Positions 24,361 to 32,634 of a DNA stretch of 37,524 bases are shown in pieces; within the stretch, counting starts at the first letter, position 1, and every line of letters starts with the position of its first letter. This DNA comes from an uncultured Actinomyces sp. (GTDB taxonomy: Bacteria > Actinomycetota > Actinomycetes > S36-B12). Position numbers and translations under genes: made by a program. The notes below the pieces were generated by a model that ran no database searches, was not told the origin of the DNA, and was given only the letters and a program-made list of their open reading frames with translations. Where the stretch lies: assembly GCA_964351035.1 (NCBI GenBank), contig CAYGMM010000006.1:1-37524 (forward strand), written 5' to 3'.

Positions 24361-24927
24361 GTGGCAGGCACGGATGAGGTCGTCGGCCCGTCGGACAAGG
24401 CGACGGCGCGGGCACAAGCGCGGGCACGGCGACGCTCGGGCCCTGCGGTGGACGCACAGGGCCTGGCGACGAATGCGCTGACCTTCCTCCGTGATCTGCC
24501 GGGTCCGGAGCGCACGACCTGCTACGTCTCCTACGGGACCGAGCCACCCACCGAGCCGATGGTCGAGATGCTGGAAGCGGCAGGCATGACTGTCCTGCTC
24601 CCTCGCGTCAGGGGAAACGATCTGGACTGGGTCGATAGCCGCGGGCCGCGAGCGGTGTCCTCGATGGGGATCGCCGAGCCCATCGGGCCGAGCGTGGACC
24701 TGCTGCCGGTGCGGGCCCTGCTGATCCCGGCTCTCGCTGTGACGCTTAATGGCGCGCGGCTGGGCAAGGGAGGCGGCTTCTACGATCGCGCACTGGCGGA
24801 ACTCCCGGTGGACGTGCCGGTGGCCGCGATCGTCGGTGACGGCGACATCGTCGAGGAGATCCCCCTCGAACCACACGATCGGCCGGTGGACGCCCTCATT
24901 ACCCCCACGCGCATCGTGTGGACGTGA
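24361..24927 (+). CDS. 5-formyltetrahydrofolate cyclo-ligase
   Basis: EPPT, VLLPRV, IAEP, RLGKGGGFYDRAL and EPHDRPVD motifs. Divergent from galU. Start is the GTG at 24361 or the ATG at 24352. Confidence 0.9.
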   Translation: MAGTDEVVGPSDKATARAQARARRRSGPAVDAQGLATNALTFLRDLPGPERTTCYVSYGTEPPTEPMVEMLEAAGMTVLLPRVRGNDLDWVDSRGPRAVSSMGIAEPIGPSVDLLPVRALLIPALAVTLNGARLGKGGGFYDRALAELPVDVPVAAIVGDGDIVEEIPLEPHDRPVDALITPTRIVWT

Positions 24928-24945
24928 TGCCGTCCTGATGTCGCG

Positions 24946-25317
24946 CTAGGCGAACAGCCCGGCGAGGAACATGCCCCCGACGACGCAGAGCACGCCAGCC
25001 ACGATGGAGACCACCGCGTAGGCGATCGCCGCGGGACGGCGATCGGCCTGCAGCAGCAACAGCAGGTCGGCGGCGAAGGACGAGAAGGTCGTGAGACCGC
25101 CGCAGAATCCGACCCCGATGAACAGCAGAGGCTCGCCGGTGGCCAGCACGAGCGCGATCCCGAGAATGAACGAGCCAATGAGGTTGGCCGCGAAGGTGCC
25201 CCAGGGCCAGTTCGGCGTACCGCGCGCCATCGCCCACCGGGCGAGGCCGTACCGGCCGAGCGCCCCCAGGGATCCACCGAGACCCACGAGCGCGATCGCC
25301 GTCCACTCCACGGCCAT
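24946..25317 (-). CDS. crcB: Fluoride channel Fluc/CrcB (copy 1)
   Basis: GGSLGALGRY, PWGTFAANLIGS and GFCGGLTTFSSF motifs, four TMs. TGATG overlap with the upstream copy. Confidence 0.9.
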   Translation of the reverse strand: MAVEWTAIALVGLGGSLGALGRYGLARWAMARGTPNWPWGTFAANLIGSFILGIALVLATGEPLLFIGVGFCGGLTTFSSFAADLLLLLQADRRPAAIAYAVVSIVAGVLCVVGGMFLAGLFA

Positions 25318-25727
25318 CAACCCGCCCTGCGTCGTGCGAGTCGCTCACCGAGCAGGACACCGGCCAGGCAGGTGATCGCCGTGCCCAACAGATACAGGCC
25401 GGCACCGACGACCGAGGTGAGCGCGAGTTCGATGACGTCCCCGCTGAAGGTCGAGAAAGTGGTGAAGGCGCCGAGGACGCCGAAGCCGAGGAACGCGCGC
25501 CAGCGTTGCTGTGTCCGCGCCGAGATGCGAGCGAGCAGGACACCCATCAACGTGCAGCCGACGAGGTTGACCGCGAACGTGGCGAGCCAGAAGGGCAGCT
25601 GCGTCGCGGCTACGAACTCCATGACGGCAAACCGAGCGGTAGCCCCGAGGAAGCCACCGAGGGCAACGAGCCCCACCAGCGTGGCGGCCTCGCGACCGGA
25701 CCGCTCCGAGAGTGCCGAACTACTCAC
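25317..25727 (-). CDS. crcB: Fluoride channel Fluc/CrcB (copy 2)
   Basis: GGFLGATARF, TFAVNLVGC and GVLGAFTTFSTF motifs. GTG at 25727 overlaps the permease stop. Confidence 0.88.
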   Translation of the reverse strand: MSSSALSERSGREAATLVGLVALGGFLGATARFAVMEFVAATQLPFWLATFAVNLVGCTLMGVLLARISARTQQRWRAFLGFGVLGAFTTFSTFSGDVIELALTSVVGAGLYLLGTAITCLAGVLLGERLARRRAG

Positions 25728-26467
25728 GCGTCGCGGCGCAGGAACAGGAGCCAGGCCGGGATGGCGAGGACGAGGAACCAGCCCCCGAAGATCGCTAGGT
25801 GTCCCCACGACTCGGCGCCGTTCGCATCGAGTGCCACGGCGCCGTTGCTGAAGGGCAGCACCCAGTCCATCCAGGTCCACTGCTGCGCGCTCGCGATGCC
25901 GCCGATGATCGGTTCGATGAGCACGGACAGCACGATCGGGACGATGATCCCGAGCGGCTGATTGCGGGTCAGCGCGGTCAGCGCGAAGGCGATCAGGACG
26001 AAGATGGTCACGTAACCGATCGCCAGAAGTCCCGGCACTCCGACAATGTCGGTGCTCCAACTCTCGTTGCTGATCATGCTGCCGAGGTACTCCGCCAGGG
26101 AGATGACAGCGATCGCGACTACGGCCGTGACCGCGGCGAAGACGATGACCATCACCGTCTTGGCGAGGAAGACCGGTGTGCGCCGCGGGAAGAGCGAGAG
26201 CGTGATGCGAATCAATTCGTGGCGGTATTCCTGGCCGAAGGCGGCCGCACCGATCGTGCACAGGATCGCCGCGCTGATCGGCAGCAGACCGACCACCCCT
26301 GATTGGGTCCGGGCGCCGGGGCCCTGACCGCCACCGCCATTGACCTGGACCAGCCAGGCGACGAGAAGCGCGAGTCCGGCCGGGACCAGGACGGCCAAGG
26401 CGATGAGGATCCAGGTCGAGCGCACCGTCGTGATGCGGACCCACTCGTATTTCAGCGGCCCACTCAT
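25724..26467 (-). CDS. ABC-2 type exporter permease
   Basis: Six TM segments, EW..I.TVRSTW, EYRHELIRITL..PRR..VFLAK and a C-terminal FLRRDA. ATG at 26467 overlaps the ATPase stop. Confidence 0.88.
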   Translation of the reverse strand: MSGPLKYEWVRITTVRSTWILIALAVLVPAGLALLVAWLVQVNGGGGQGPGARTQSGVVGLLPISAAILCTIGAAAFGQEYRHELIRITLSLFPRRTPVFLAKTVMVIVFAAVTAVVAIAVISLAEYLGSMISNESWSTDIVGVPGLLAIGYVTIFVLIAFALTALTRNQPLGIIVPIVLSVLIEPIIGGIASAQQWTWMDWVLPFSNGAVALDANGAESWGHLAIFGGWFLVLAIPAWLLFLRRDA

Positions 26468-27369
26468 GACGCCTCCCCGAAGGCGAACTCCTGGCCTTCG
26501 CCGGTCAGCTTCATGAAGGTCTCCTCCAGGCTCGCGCGGCGCAAGGTGAGTTCCCACACGGCAATGCCGGCATCGAATGCGGCGCGCCCTACCTCGTCGG
26601 TCGTCATGCCCGTGACGGCCAGGCTGCCCGACCCCTCAGACGTTGCCGTGGCACCGGCACGGCTGAGCAGATCAGCCAGGGCGGCGGCGTCGCTACAGCG
26701 GACGAAGACATCGGTGCTCGACGCCGACAGCTCCTCGATGGACCCGTCGGCAATCAGTCGACCTCGCGCGATGACGACCACGTGGTCGGCCATCTGCTGC
26801 ATCTCACTGAGCAGGTGGCTCGACACGAGTACGGCGTTGCCCGCCTCGGCGTAATGGCGCAGGAATTCGCGAAGCCACGCAATGGACTGCGGGTCCAGAC
26901 CGTTGGCCGGCTCGTCGAGCATCAGGGCTCGGGGGCGCGCCAGGATCGCCCCCGCGAGACCAAGGCGTTGGGCCATACCGAGGGAGAATGTCTTGGGCCG
27001 GCGACGGGCAACATCGGTGAGACCCACGGTGGCGAGCACCTCATCCACGCGGGAGGTCGACACGCCGGCATTGGTGGCCAACATGCGCAGGTGGTCCCGC
27101 GCCGTTCGGCCGGGCAGGAAGGGTCGCGCGTCGAGGTGGGTCCCCACGACCTCACTCGCGTGCGGGTGCTCGATGAGGGGCCGGCCGTCGAAGAGGGTGC
27201 GTCCCTCCCCGCGGTCGAGGCCGAGCATGAGGCGCATGGTCGTGGACTTGCCGGCGCCGTTCGGACCAAGGAATCCGGTGACCTTGCCGTCGGGGACCGT
27301 GAAGCTCAGGTCGTCGACAGCACGCACGGAGCCGAAGGACTTGCTGACGGATTCGACGTCAATGCTCAC
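26464..27369 (-). CDS. ABC exporter ATP-binding protein
   Basis: Walker A GPNGAGKST, signature FSLGMAQR, Walker B LMLDEP, VSSH and SLEETF. GTG at 27369 lies 7 nt after TAGGGT. Confidence 0.93.
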   Translation of the reverse strand: MSIDVESVSKSFGSVRAVDDLSFTVPDGKVTGFLGPNGAGKSTTMRLMLGLDRGEGRTLFDGRPLIEHPHASEVVGTHLDARPFLPGRTARDHLRMLATNAGVSTSRVDEVLATVGLTDVARRRPKTFSLGMAQRLGLAGAILARPRALMLDEPANGLDPQSIAWLREFLRHYAEAGNAVLVSSHLLSEMQQMADHVVVIARGRLIADGSIEELSASSTDVFVRCSDAAALADLLSRAGATATSEGSGSLAVTGMTTDEVGRAAFDAGIAVWELTLRRASLEETFMKLTGEGQEFAFGEAS

Positions 27370-27426
27370 CCTGCGGACCCTACCGGCTCGGCGCATCCGA
27401 TCGGGTCGTCGTCCACAGGCAATGAT

Positions 27427-27453
27427 TTAGCACTCCTACCAGTGGAGTGCTAA
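27427..27453 (+). promoter_or_regulatory. CIRCE element (HrcA operator)
   Basis: Perfect TTAGCACTC-N9(CTACCAGTG)-GAGTGCTAA overlapping a putative -10 TAACAT, 27 bp before the FmdB-family start. Confidence 0.95.
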
Positions 27454-27480
27454 CATCGGGGCTTCATCGAAGGAGGGTCC

Positions 27481-27846
27481 GTGCCGACGTATCAGTACGC
27501 CTGCACCGCATGTCATCACGAGCTCGAAGCGGTTCAGTCCTTCACCGACGATGCCCTGACCGAGTGCCCCGAGTGCGGCGGTCGCCTGCGCAAGTTGTTC
27601 GGCAATGTGGGCGTGGTCTTCAAGGGCTCCGGCTTCTACCGCAACGACTCTCGGTCCGGCTCGACGTCGAGCGGCTCCGGTTCGAGCACGGATGCCGCCA
27701 AGAAGTCCGACGCGGGATCGAGCAGCAGTTCCAGCACCGACTCGGCCAGCGCACCGTCGTCCACGTCCAGTTCGAGCACGTCGAGCACGTCCCCATCGAC
27801 CTCGGGTACATCCACCTCGAGCAGCAAGACCTCGACGTCCGCCTGA
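27481..27846 (+). CDS. FmdB-family zinc-ribbon protein (Rv0991c/Ruc-like) with Ser/Thr-rich tail
   Basis: MPTYQYACTAC...CPECGG...VFKGSGFYRNDSR, an AAGGAGG SD, and a low-complexity Ser tail. Confidence 0.92.
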   Translation: MPTYQYACTACHHELEAVQSFTDDALTECPECGGRLRKLFGNVGVVFKGSGFYRNDSRSGSTSSGSGSSTDAAKKSDAGSSSSSSTDSASAPSSTSSSSTSSTSPSTSGTSTSSSKTSTSA

Positions 27847-27913
27847 GCGCGGCCGACGTCGCCCCTGTGGATGACGGCCGACGCCGCTCGCCGGATCGAC
27901 CTACCGTCCAGGC

Positions 27914-28561
27914 ATGCTCTCTGGCCCCGGACTCACCCGCATCCATCGGTTCATCCATCGCTGGCGCCGCCCGCTCGCGGCGGCATGCGCAGGTCTCGCG
28001 GTCCTTTTCGCGCTTGGCATCCTGCGCCCCGCCCCACCAGCGACGGCCGACATCGTCGTGGCCGCCCACGACCTACCCCCGGGAACGACCCTCACCGCCG
28101 AGGACGTGATGATCACCGCCATCCCGGCCCAGACCGCCATGTCCGGCACCTACCCCGAGACAGCCGATGTGATCGGCCGACTACTCGCCACCGGAATTAC
28201 CGCGGGCGAACCGATCAGCGCCTCGCGCTTCGCGAGTGGGGTCGGCTCCGGTGCACTCGCGGCCGGCGAGGTCGCCGTCCCGGTGCGCCTGGCCGACCGG
28301 GCGTTGTCGGAGTTCCTCCAGCCCGGCGACATCATCGACCTCGTCGCGGCCAGTGACCGCCGCGGCCAGGTGGTGGCCGAGTCGGCTCGAGTCATCACGG
28401 TGCCGCGCCAGGGCGCCGCGGGATTCCTTGCCGGATCGAGCACCCGCGCCGATAGCCTCGTGCTGGTCGCCGTCCCACGACGGGTGGCGACCGACGTCGC
28501 GGCCTCGGCCCTGGCCGGGCCCCTCGCCGCAGTCGTCCGAGCGACAGGAGACAACACGTGA
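27914..28561 (+). CDS. SAF/RcpC-CpaB-like domain membrane protein (Rv0990c-like)
   Basis: N-terminal TM after RRPLAA, then VVAAHDLPPGTTL and VAVPVRLAD...LQPGDIIDL. Sits between the FmdB gene and mscL. Confidence 0.78.
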   Translation: MLSGPGLTRIHRFIHRWRRPLAAACAGLAVLFALGILRPAPPATADIVVAAHDLPPGTTLTAEDVMITAIPAQTAMSGTYPETADVIGRLLATGITAGEPISASRFASGVGSGALAAGEVAVPVRLADRALSEFLQPGDIIDLVAASDRRGQVVAESARVITVPRQGAAGFLAGSSTRADSLVLVAVPRRVATDVAASALAGPLAAVVRATGDNT

Positions 28562-28953
28562 TCAAGGGATTCAAGGAGTTCGTTCTCCGCGGCAACGTCA
28601 TCGAGTTGGCGGTCGCGGTGGCGGTCGGCACAGCGCTCACCGCTCTCGTCGGTGCGGTGACCGCCTCCCTCATCGAACCCATCGTGGGCTGGTTCCTCAG
28701 CCTGATCTCCGGTGACGGCACCCTCGGCGGAACCGTCACCCTGGCCGAGGGCTACGAGCTCGATTTCACGACACTCATCGCCGCATTCATCACGTTCATC
28801 GTGACGTTGGCGGCCCTCTACCTGATCTTCGTCGCCCCGATGAACAAGTACCGCGAGATGACCGACAAGAACCAGGCCGCAGCCACGCCGGCCGATATCG
28901 AGCTCCTCACCGAGATCCGCGACCTGCTCAAGGCTCAGCGCGGGGCCAACTAG
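28558..28953 (+). CDS. mscL: Large-conductance mechanosensitive channel
   Basis: GFKEFVLRGNVIELAVAV, two TMs, and ELLTEIRDLL. Confidence 0.95.
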   Translation: MIKGFKEFVLRGNVIELAVAVAVGTALTALVGAVTASLIEPIVGWFLSLISGDGTLGGTVTLAEGYELDFTTLIAAFITFIVTLAALYLIFVAPMNKYREMTDKNQAAATPADIELLTEIRDLLKAQRGAN

Positions 28954-28975
28954 CCACGTTTGCTCTTGCCCGCGA

Positions 28976-30358
28976 CTAGCCGTGATGCGGTGGACGGTCG
29001 CGCAGGTAGTGGTCGTCGTCGAATCCGTCGACACCCTCATCGGTGGTGATCTGCGGTAGCAGGTCCGCCGCACTGGACGGGGCCGTGGCGGGCGCTGCCA
29101 CGCAACCCGCCGCCTCGAGTGAGTCCCCGATGACCTCGGCCAACTCCGCGATGTCATCCGTGGAGACGACGAACGGTGGGGACACCTGGATCGCGCCCGA
29201 GGCCAGCAGGCGCGTGAGGACACCCCGCTCCCGCATGCCGGCCAATACCCGCGCAGGGACTCCGGCCGCCAACGCCTCCGGGGTGAAGTCCACCGCCGTC
29301 AGCAGGCCGACACCGGTTCGCACCTCCGAGATGACGTCATACGACGCGAGGGGGGACAACGCGCTTGCGAGATCGTGCTGCAACGCATCGACGCGGGCGA
29401 CCAGACCTTCACGTTCGAGGATGTCGAGGTTGGCCAAGGCGGCGGCCGCAGCGGCCGCGTGACCGGAGTACGTGTAGCCGTGTCGCCACAGCACCGGTTG
29501 GTCACGCGGGGTCCAGAACGGCTCGGCCACACGACCGGCCACGATGACCGCACCCATCGGCAGATAGCCCGACGTGAGGCCCTTCGCGGTGAGCACGATG
29601 TCCGGGTCCAGGCTCCACCGGTCGCTGGCGAACATCGCACCGGTGCGGCCGTACCCGGTAATGACCTCGTCGGCGACGAACAGCACACCGTGCCGACGGC
29701 AGATGTCGCGCACGGACTCCAAATAGCCATCCGGCGGGGCATAGACGCCGCCGGCTCCGATCACCGGCTCGCAGAAGAAGGCGGCGATGTCATCGCGCTC
29801 ATCGAGGACCCGGTCGAGGGCCTGCGCGTCGTCCCAGGGGATCACGACGACTGCCGGATCGAGTGAACCGTGGCTGGCCTGATTCGCGGGAATACCGGCG
29901 AGACTCGTACCCGCGAGATGCATGCCGTGGTACGCGTGCTGGCGCGTCACGATGACCTGCCGCTGCGGCTGCCCCATCTCGCTCCAGTAGCGGCGCACCA
30001 ACTTCACCGCGGTGTCGACCGAGTCACTGCCACCGCTGGTGAAGAACACGCGGGCGTCGGCCATGGGCGCCATCTCCGCGAGGCGCGCGGCCAGATCGAG
30101 GGCGGGCCGGTTGGCGAGGTCAGCAAAGGTCGAGTACGACGCCAATGTCGACATCTGGAGTGACGCGGCCTCCGCGATCTCGCGGCGCCCATGGCCCACG
30201 TTGGCGAACCACAGCCCGCCCGCGGCATCGAGGTAGCCGCGTCCCTGCTCGTCAAAGACCCGTGCGCCCTCACCGCGCGCGAGCACCAGCTCACCCTTCG
30301 CGGACACGGCCGCCATGTCGGCGAAGGGATGCCAGAACCTGGTCGTCGTCTCGGTCAC
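28976..30358 (-). CDS. Class-III PLP-dependent aminotransferase (omega-amine/polyamine type) with C-terminal extension
   Basis: FWHPF, YLDAAGGLW, SGGSDSVD, AYHG, DEVITGYGRTG, TAKGLTSGYLPMG and HGYTYSGH motifs. Confidence 0.9.
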   Translation of the reverse strand: MTETTTRFWHPFADMAAVSAKGELVLARGEGARVFDEQGRGYLDAAGGLWFANVGHGRREIAEAASLQMSTLASYSTFADLANRPALDLAARLAEMAPMADARVFFTSGGSDSVDTAVKLVRRYWSEMGQPQRQVIVTRQHAYHGMHLAGTSLAGIPANQASHGSLDPAVVVIPWDDAQALDRVLDERDDIAAFFCEPVIGAGGVYAPPDGYLESVRDICRRHGVLFVADEVITGYGRTGAMFASDRWSLDPDIVLTAKGLTSGYLPMGAVIVAGRVAEPFWTPRDQPVLWRHGYTYSGHAAAAAAALANLDILEREGLVARVDALQHDLASALSPLASYDVISEVRTGVGLLTAVDFTPEALAAGVPARVLAGMRERGVLTRLLASGAIQVSPPFVVSTDDIAELAEVIGDSLEAAGCVAAPATAPSSAADLLPQITTDEGVDGFDDDHYLRDRPPHHG

Positions 30359-30380
30359 GCGCGCAGGCTAGCGTGGCACC
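30359..30380. promoter_or_regulatory. Back-to-back leaderless promoters with overlapping -10 hexamers
   Basis: Minus strand TAGCCT-N6-GTG(30358) and plus strand TAGCGT-N6-GTG(30381) share the central TA at 30369-30370. Confidence 0.6.
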
Positions 30381-31514
30381 GTGCGAATCGTGCTCCTTGG
30401 CGCCACCGGATACACCGGACGTCTCACCGCTGATGCGATGGTGCGCGCCGGCCTCGCTCCGGTACTGGCCGGTCGGCGACACGACGCGGTGGCCCGGTTG
30501 GCCGACCGTCTCGCCCCTCTCGCTCCGTCTCCGGCCACCGAACCCTCCATTGCCGTAGCCGACGTCGACGACCCACCGTCGGTACGCCGATTGCTGCACT
30601 CCCCCGACGATGTCCTCGTGACGACAGTGGGTCCGTTCACCTCTCTGGGCGCCGCGGCGGTGGACGCAGCCGTCGATGCTGGGGCGGCGTACCTGGACTC
30701 CACGGGCGAATCCGGCTTCATTCGTCACGTGTTCGACGTTGACGGGCCGCGCGCCGAGCGCACCGGCGCCCGGCTCATTCCTGCGTTCGGCTATGACTAC
30801 GTGCCGGGCAATCTGGCCGCCGCGATTGCACTTCACCGTTGTCGCGCATCCGGTCGCCCTGCGGCCCGCGTCGACGTCGGCTATTTCGTCGATGGCACGT
30901 TCGGCATCAGTTCGGGCACGCGCGCCAGTGCGACGGAAGTGCTGTTCGCGCCGTCCTACGCATTCAGCGGTGGGCACCTCATCGATCGTCGTCCCGGTGG
31001 TGGGGGCACGCGCGAGTTCGATCTCGGCCGCGGCCGGCACTGGAAGGGCATGGCGATGGCCGGCAGCGAACACCTCACAGTGCCGTCGCTTGATCCTGCG
31101 GTCACCGACGTGGGCGTGTGGCTCGGCTGGGCGGGCCGCTGGACGGCACCTGCTTCGGTCGCCGGCTCCGCACTCGGTGCGGTTGCCAGCATCCCGGGCC
31201 TGGGTAGTGGACTGCGCCGAGGCGTATCCCGCCGTGCGGCAAAGGTCACCGGCTCCGGCCCGGATGCAGCCACACGCGCGGGGGCACGCACGCTGGTCCA
31301 GGCTGACGCGACCGATGCCGTCGGACGGCCACTCGCCTCGGTGCGCCTCGACGGCCCCTCCCCCTACGACCTCACCGCCGACCTGCTCGCCTGGGGCGCC
31401 GCGATGGCGGCAACGCGCGACATCACGCCCGGTGCCCATGGCCCGGTCGATGCCTTCGGCCTTGAGGCCCTCGAGCGCGGGTGCGCGGACATGGGGCTCG
31501 TCGCGGTTACTTAA
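30381..31514 (+). CDS. Saccharopine dehydrogenase-like NAD(P)-binding oxidoreductase (trans-acting enoyl reductase family)
   Basis: IVLLGATGYTG, LAGR, VGPF..LG, YLDSTGE and AFGYDYVPGNLA motifs. Confidence 0.85.
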   Translation: MRIVLLGATGYTGRLTADAMVRAGLAPVLAGRRHDAVARLADRLAPLAPSPATEPSIAVADVDDPPSVRRLLHSPDDVLVTTVGPFTSLGAAAVDAAVDAGAAYLDSTGESGFIRHVFDVDGPRAERTGARLIPAFGYDYVPGNLAAAIALHRCRASGRPAARVDVGYFVDGTFGISSGTRASATEVLFAPSYAFSGGHLIDRRPGGGGTREFDLGRGRHWKGMAMAGSEHLTVPSLDPAVTDVGVWLGWAGRWTAPASVAGSALGAVASIPGLGSGLRRGVSRRAAKVTGSGPDAATRAGARTLVQADATDAVGRPLASVRLDGPSPYDLTADLLAWGAAMAATRDITPGAHGPVDAFGLEALERGCADMGLVAVT

Positions 31515-31525
31515 CCGACACTGAG

Positions 31526-32617
31526 TTAGGTCTCGGGCAAGGGATTCGCCGCTGCGCCTTCGGTCACGATAAGCACTACGACGCTGCCCGTCCCGATGCC
31601 CAGATGCTCTCGACGTTCGTCGCATCCAGGCCCGGTCAGTGCTGCACGAGCCGCGGCAAGTCCCGCCGCACCGCACGGTCCGGCCGCCACCCCCAGCGCG
31701 GCAAGATCCTGCGCCGCCGCAAGGTCGGCCGCGTCCGAGATCGCAATCGCGGCATCGAGGCCACCGGCGATGTACGGCCAGGCCAGCGACGACGGCGTAC
31801 CGCAGTTGAGCCCGGACATGATCGTTGATCCCGTCGGCACCGTCACCGGATGTCCGGCCGCCAGGCTCGGTCCCATGCACGCGGCAGCCAGTGGTTCGAC
31901 CGAGGCCACGACCGTGTTGATCGCCGCCGGATCGCCGCGGTAGTGCGCCAGGGCTCCCTGCAGCAGGGAGCCGACACCGGCCGGGACGATGACCAGATCG
32001 GGACGCCCGAGCCGGAGCTCCGCGAGTTGTTCGTCGACTTCGGCGAACAGGGTCGCGTAGCCCTCGACGATCCAGCCGGGGATCTCCTCGTAGCCGGGCC
32101 AGGCGGTGTCCTGCACGAGGACACCGCCCACGTCATCAGCCAGGCGCGCCGCAGTGGCCACGGCATCGTCGTACGACCCCTCGATGGCGGTTACGGACGC
32201 ACCCTCGCCCTCGATCGCCCGAACCGCGTCGGGATGGACCCCCGGCGGGACGACGATCGCGGCCCGATGGCCCAGCAGGCGCGCGAATCGAGCAACGGCC
32301 CGGCCGTGATTGCCATCCGTCGCGGTGACGACGGTGACCGGGCCCTGGCTCTGCCCGCCATCGGCATGCTGCGCCAAAGCACGGTGGACGGCCCAGGATG
32401 CCCCCAGCGCTTTGAACGCCGGCAGGCCCAGTCGCAGGGACTCATCCTTGGCGAGCACGCGACCAACCCCGAGTTCCCGCGCCAGGTCAGGAAGGTCGAT
32501 CAGTGGCGTGGCGGCGTACCCGTCAAGGCCGCGATGGAAGTCCAGGGCCGCCGTCGACGGCGCTGCGCAGGTCCAGCTGCGATCGCGTTCGTGCGCAAAC
32601 CAGGCGGCATTGGTCAT
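31526..32617 (-). CDS. Diaminopropionate ammonia-lyase family PLP enzyme
   Basis: Y..TPL, KDES.RLGLPAFKALGAS, ATDGNHGRAVA, QDTAWPGYEEIP, AGVGS and TIMSGLNCG motifs. Confidence 0.88.
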   Translation of the reverse strand: MTNAAWFAHERDRSWTCAAPSTAALDFHRGLDGYAATPLIDLPDLARELGVGRVLAKDESLRLGLPAFKALGASWAVHRALAQHADGGQSQGPVTVVTATDGNHGRAVARFARLLGHRAAIVVPPGVHPDAVRAIEGEGASVTAIEGSYDDAVATAARLADDVGGVLVQDTAWPGYEEIPGWIVEGYATLFAEVDEQLAELRLGRPDLVIVPAGVGSLLQGALAHYRGDPAAINTVVASVEPLAAACMGPSLAAGHPVTVPTGSTIMSGLNCGTPSSLAWPYIAGGLDAAIAISDAADLAAAQDLAALGVAAGPCGAAGLAAARAALTGPGCDERREHLGIGTGSVVVLIVTEGAAANPLPET

Positions 32618-32634
32618 CGCACCGCTCCTCCGAC

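Noticed and set aside
24334-24876. Long N-terminal extension of galU in the ORF track
   Set aside because: It is antisense to the 5-formyl-THF cyclo-ligase gene; GalU homology begins at VRKAVIPAAG.
27370-27480. Fluoride riboswitch upstream of the crcB-containing operon
   Set aside because: No GGCGAUGG..CGCC-type motif on the coding (minus) strand. GGCAATGAT at 27418 is on the wrong strand and runs into the CIRCE.
27650-27843. TCGAGCAC-like short repeats
   Set aside because: Explained by the Ser/Thr low-complexity coding tail of the FmdB-family protein.
30291-31880. 529-aa minus-strand ORF
   Set aside because: It overlaps three well-supported genes and has Arg/Gly-rich, non-protein-like composition.
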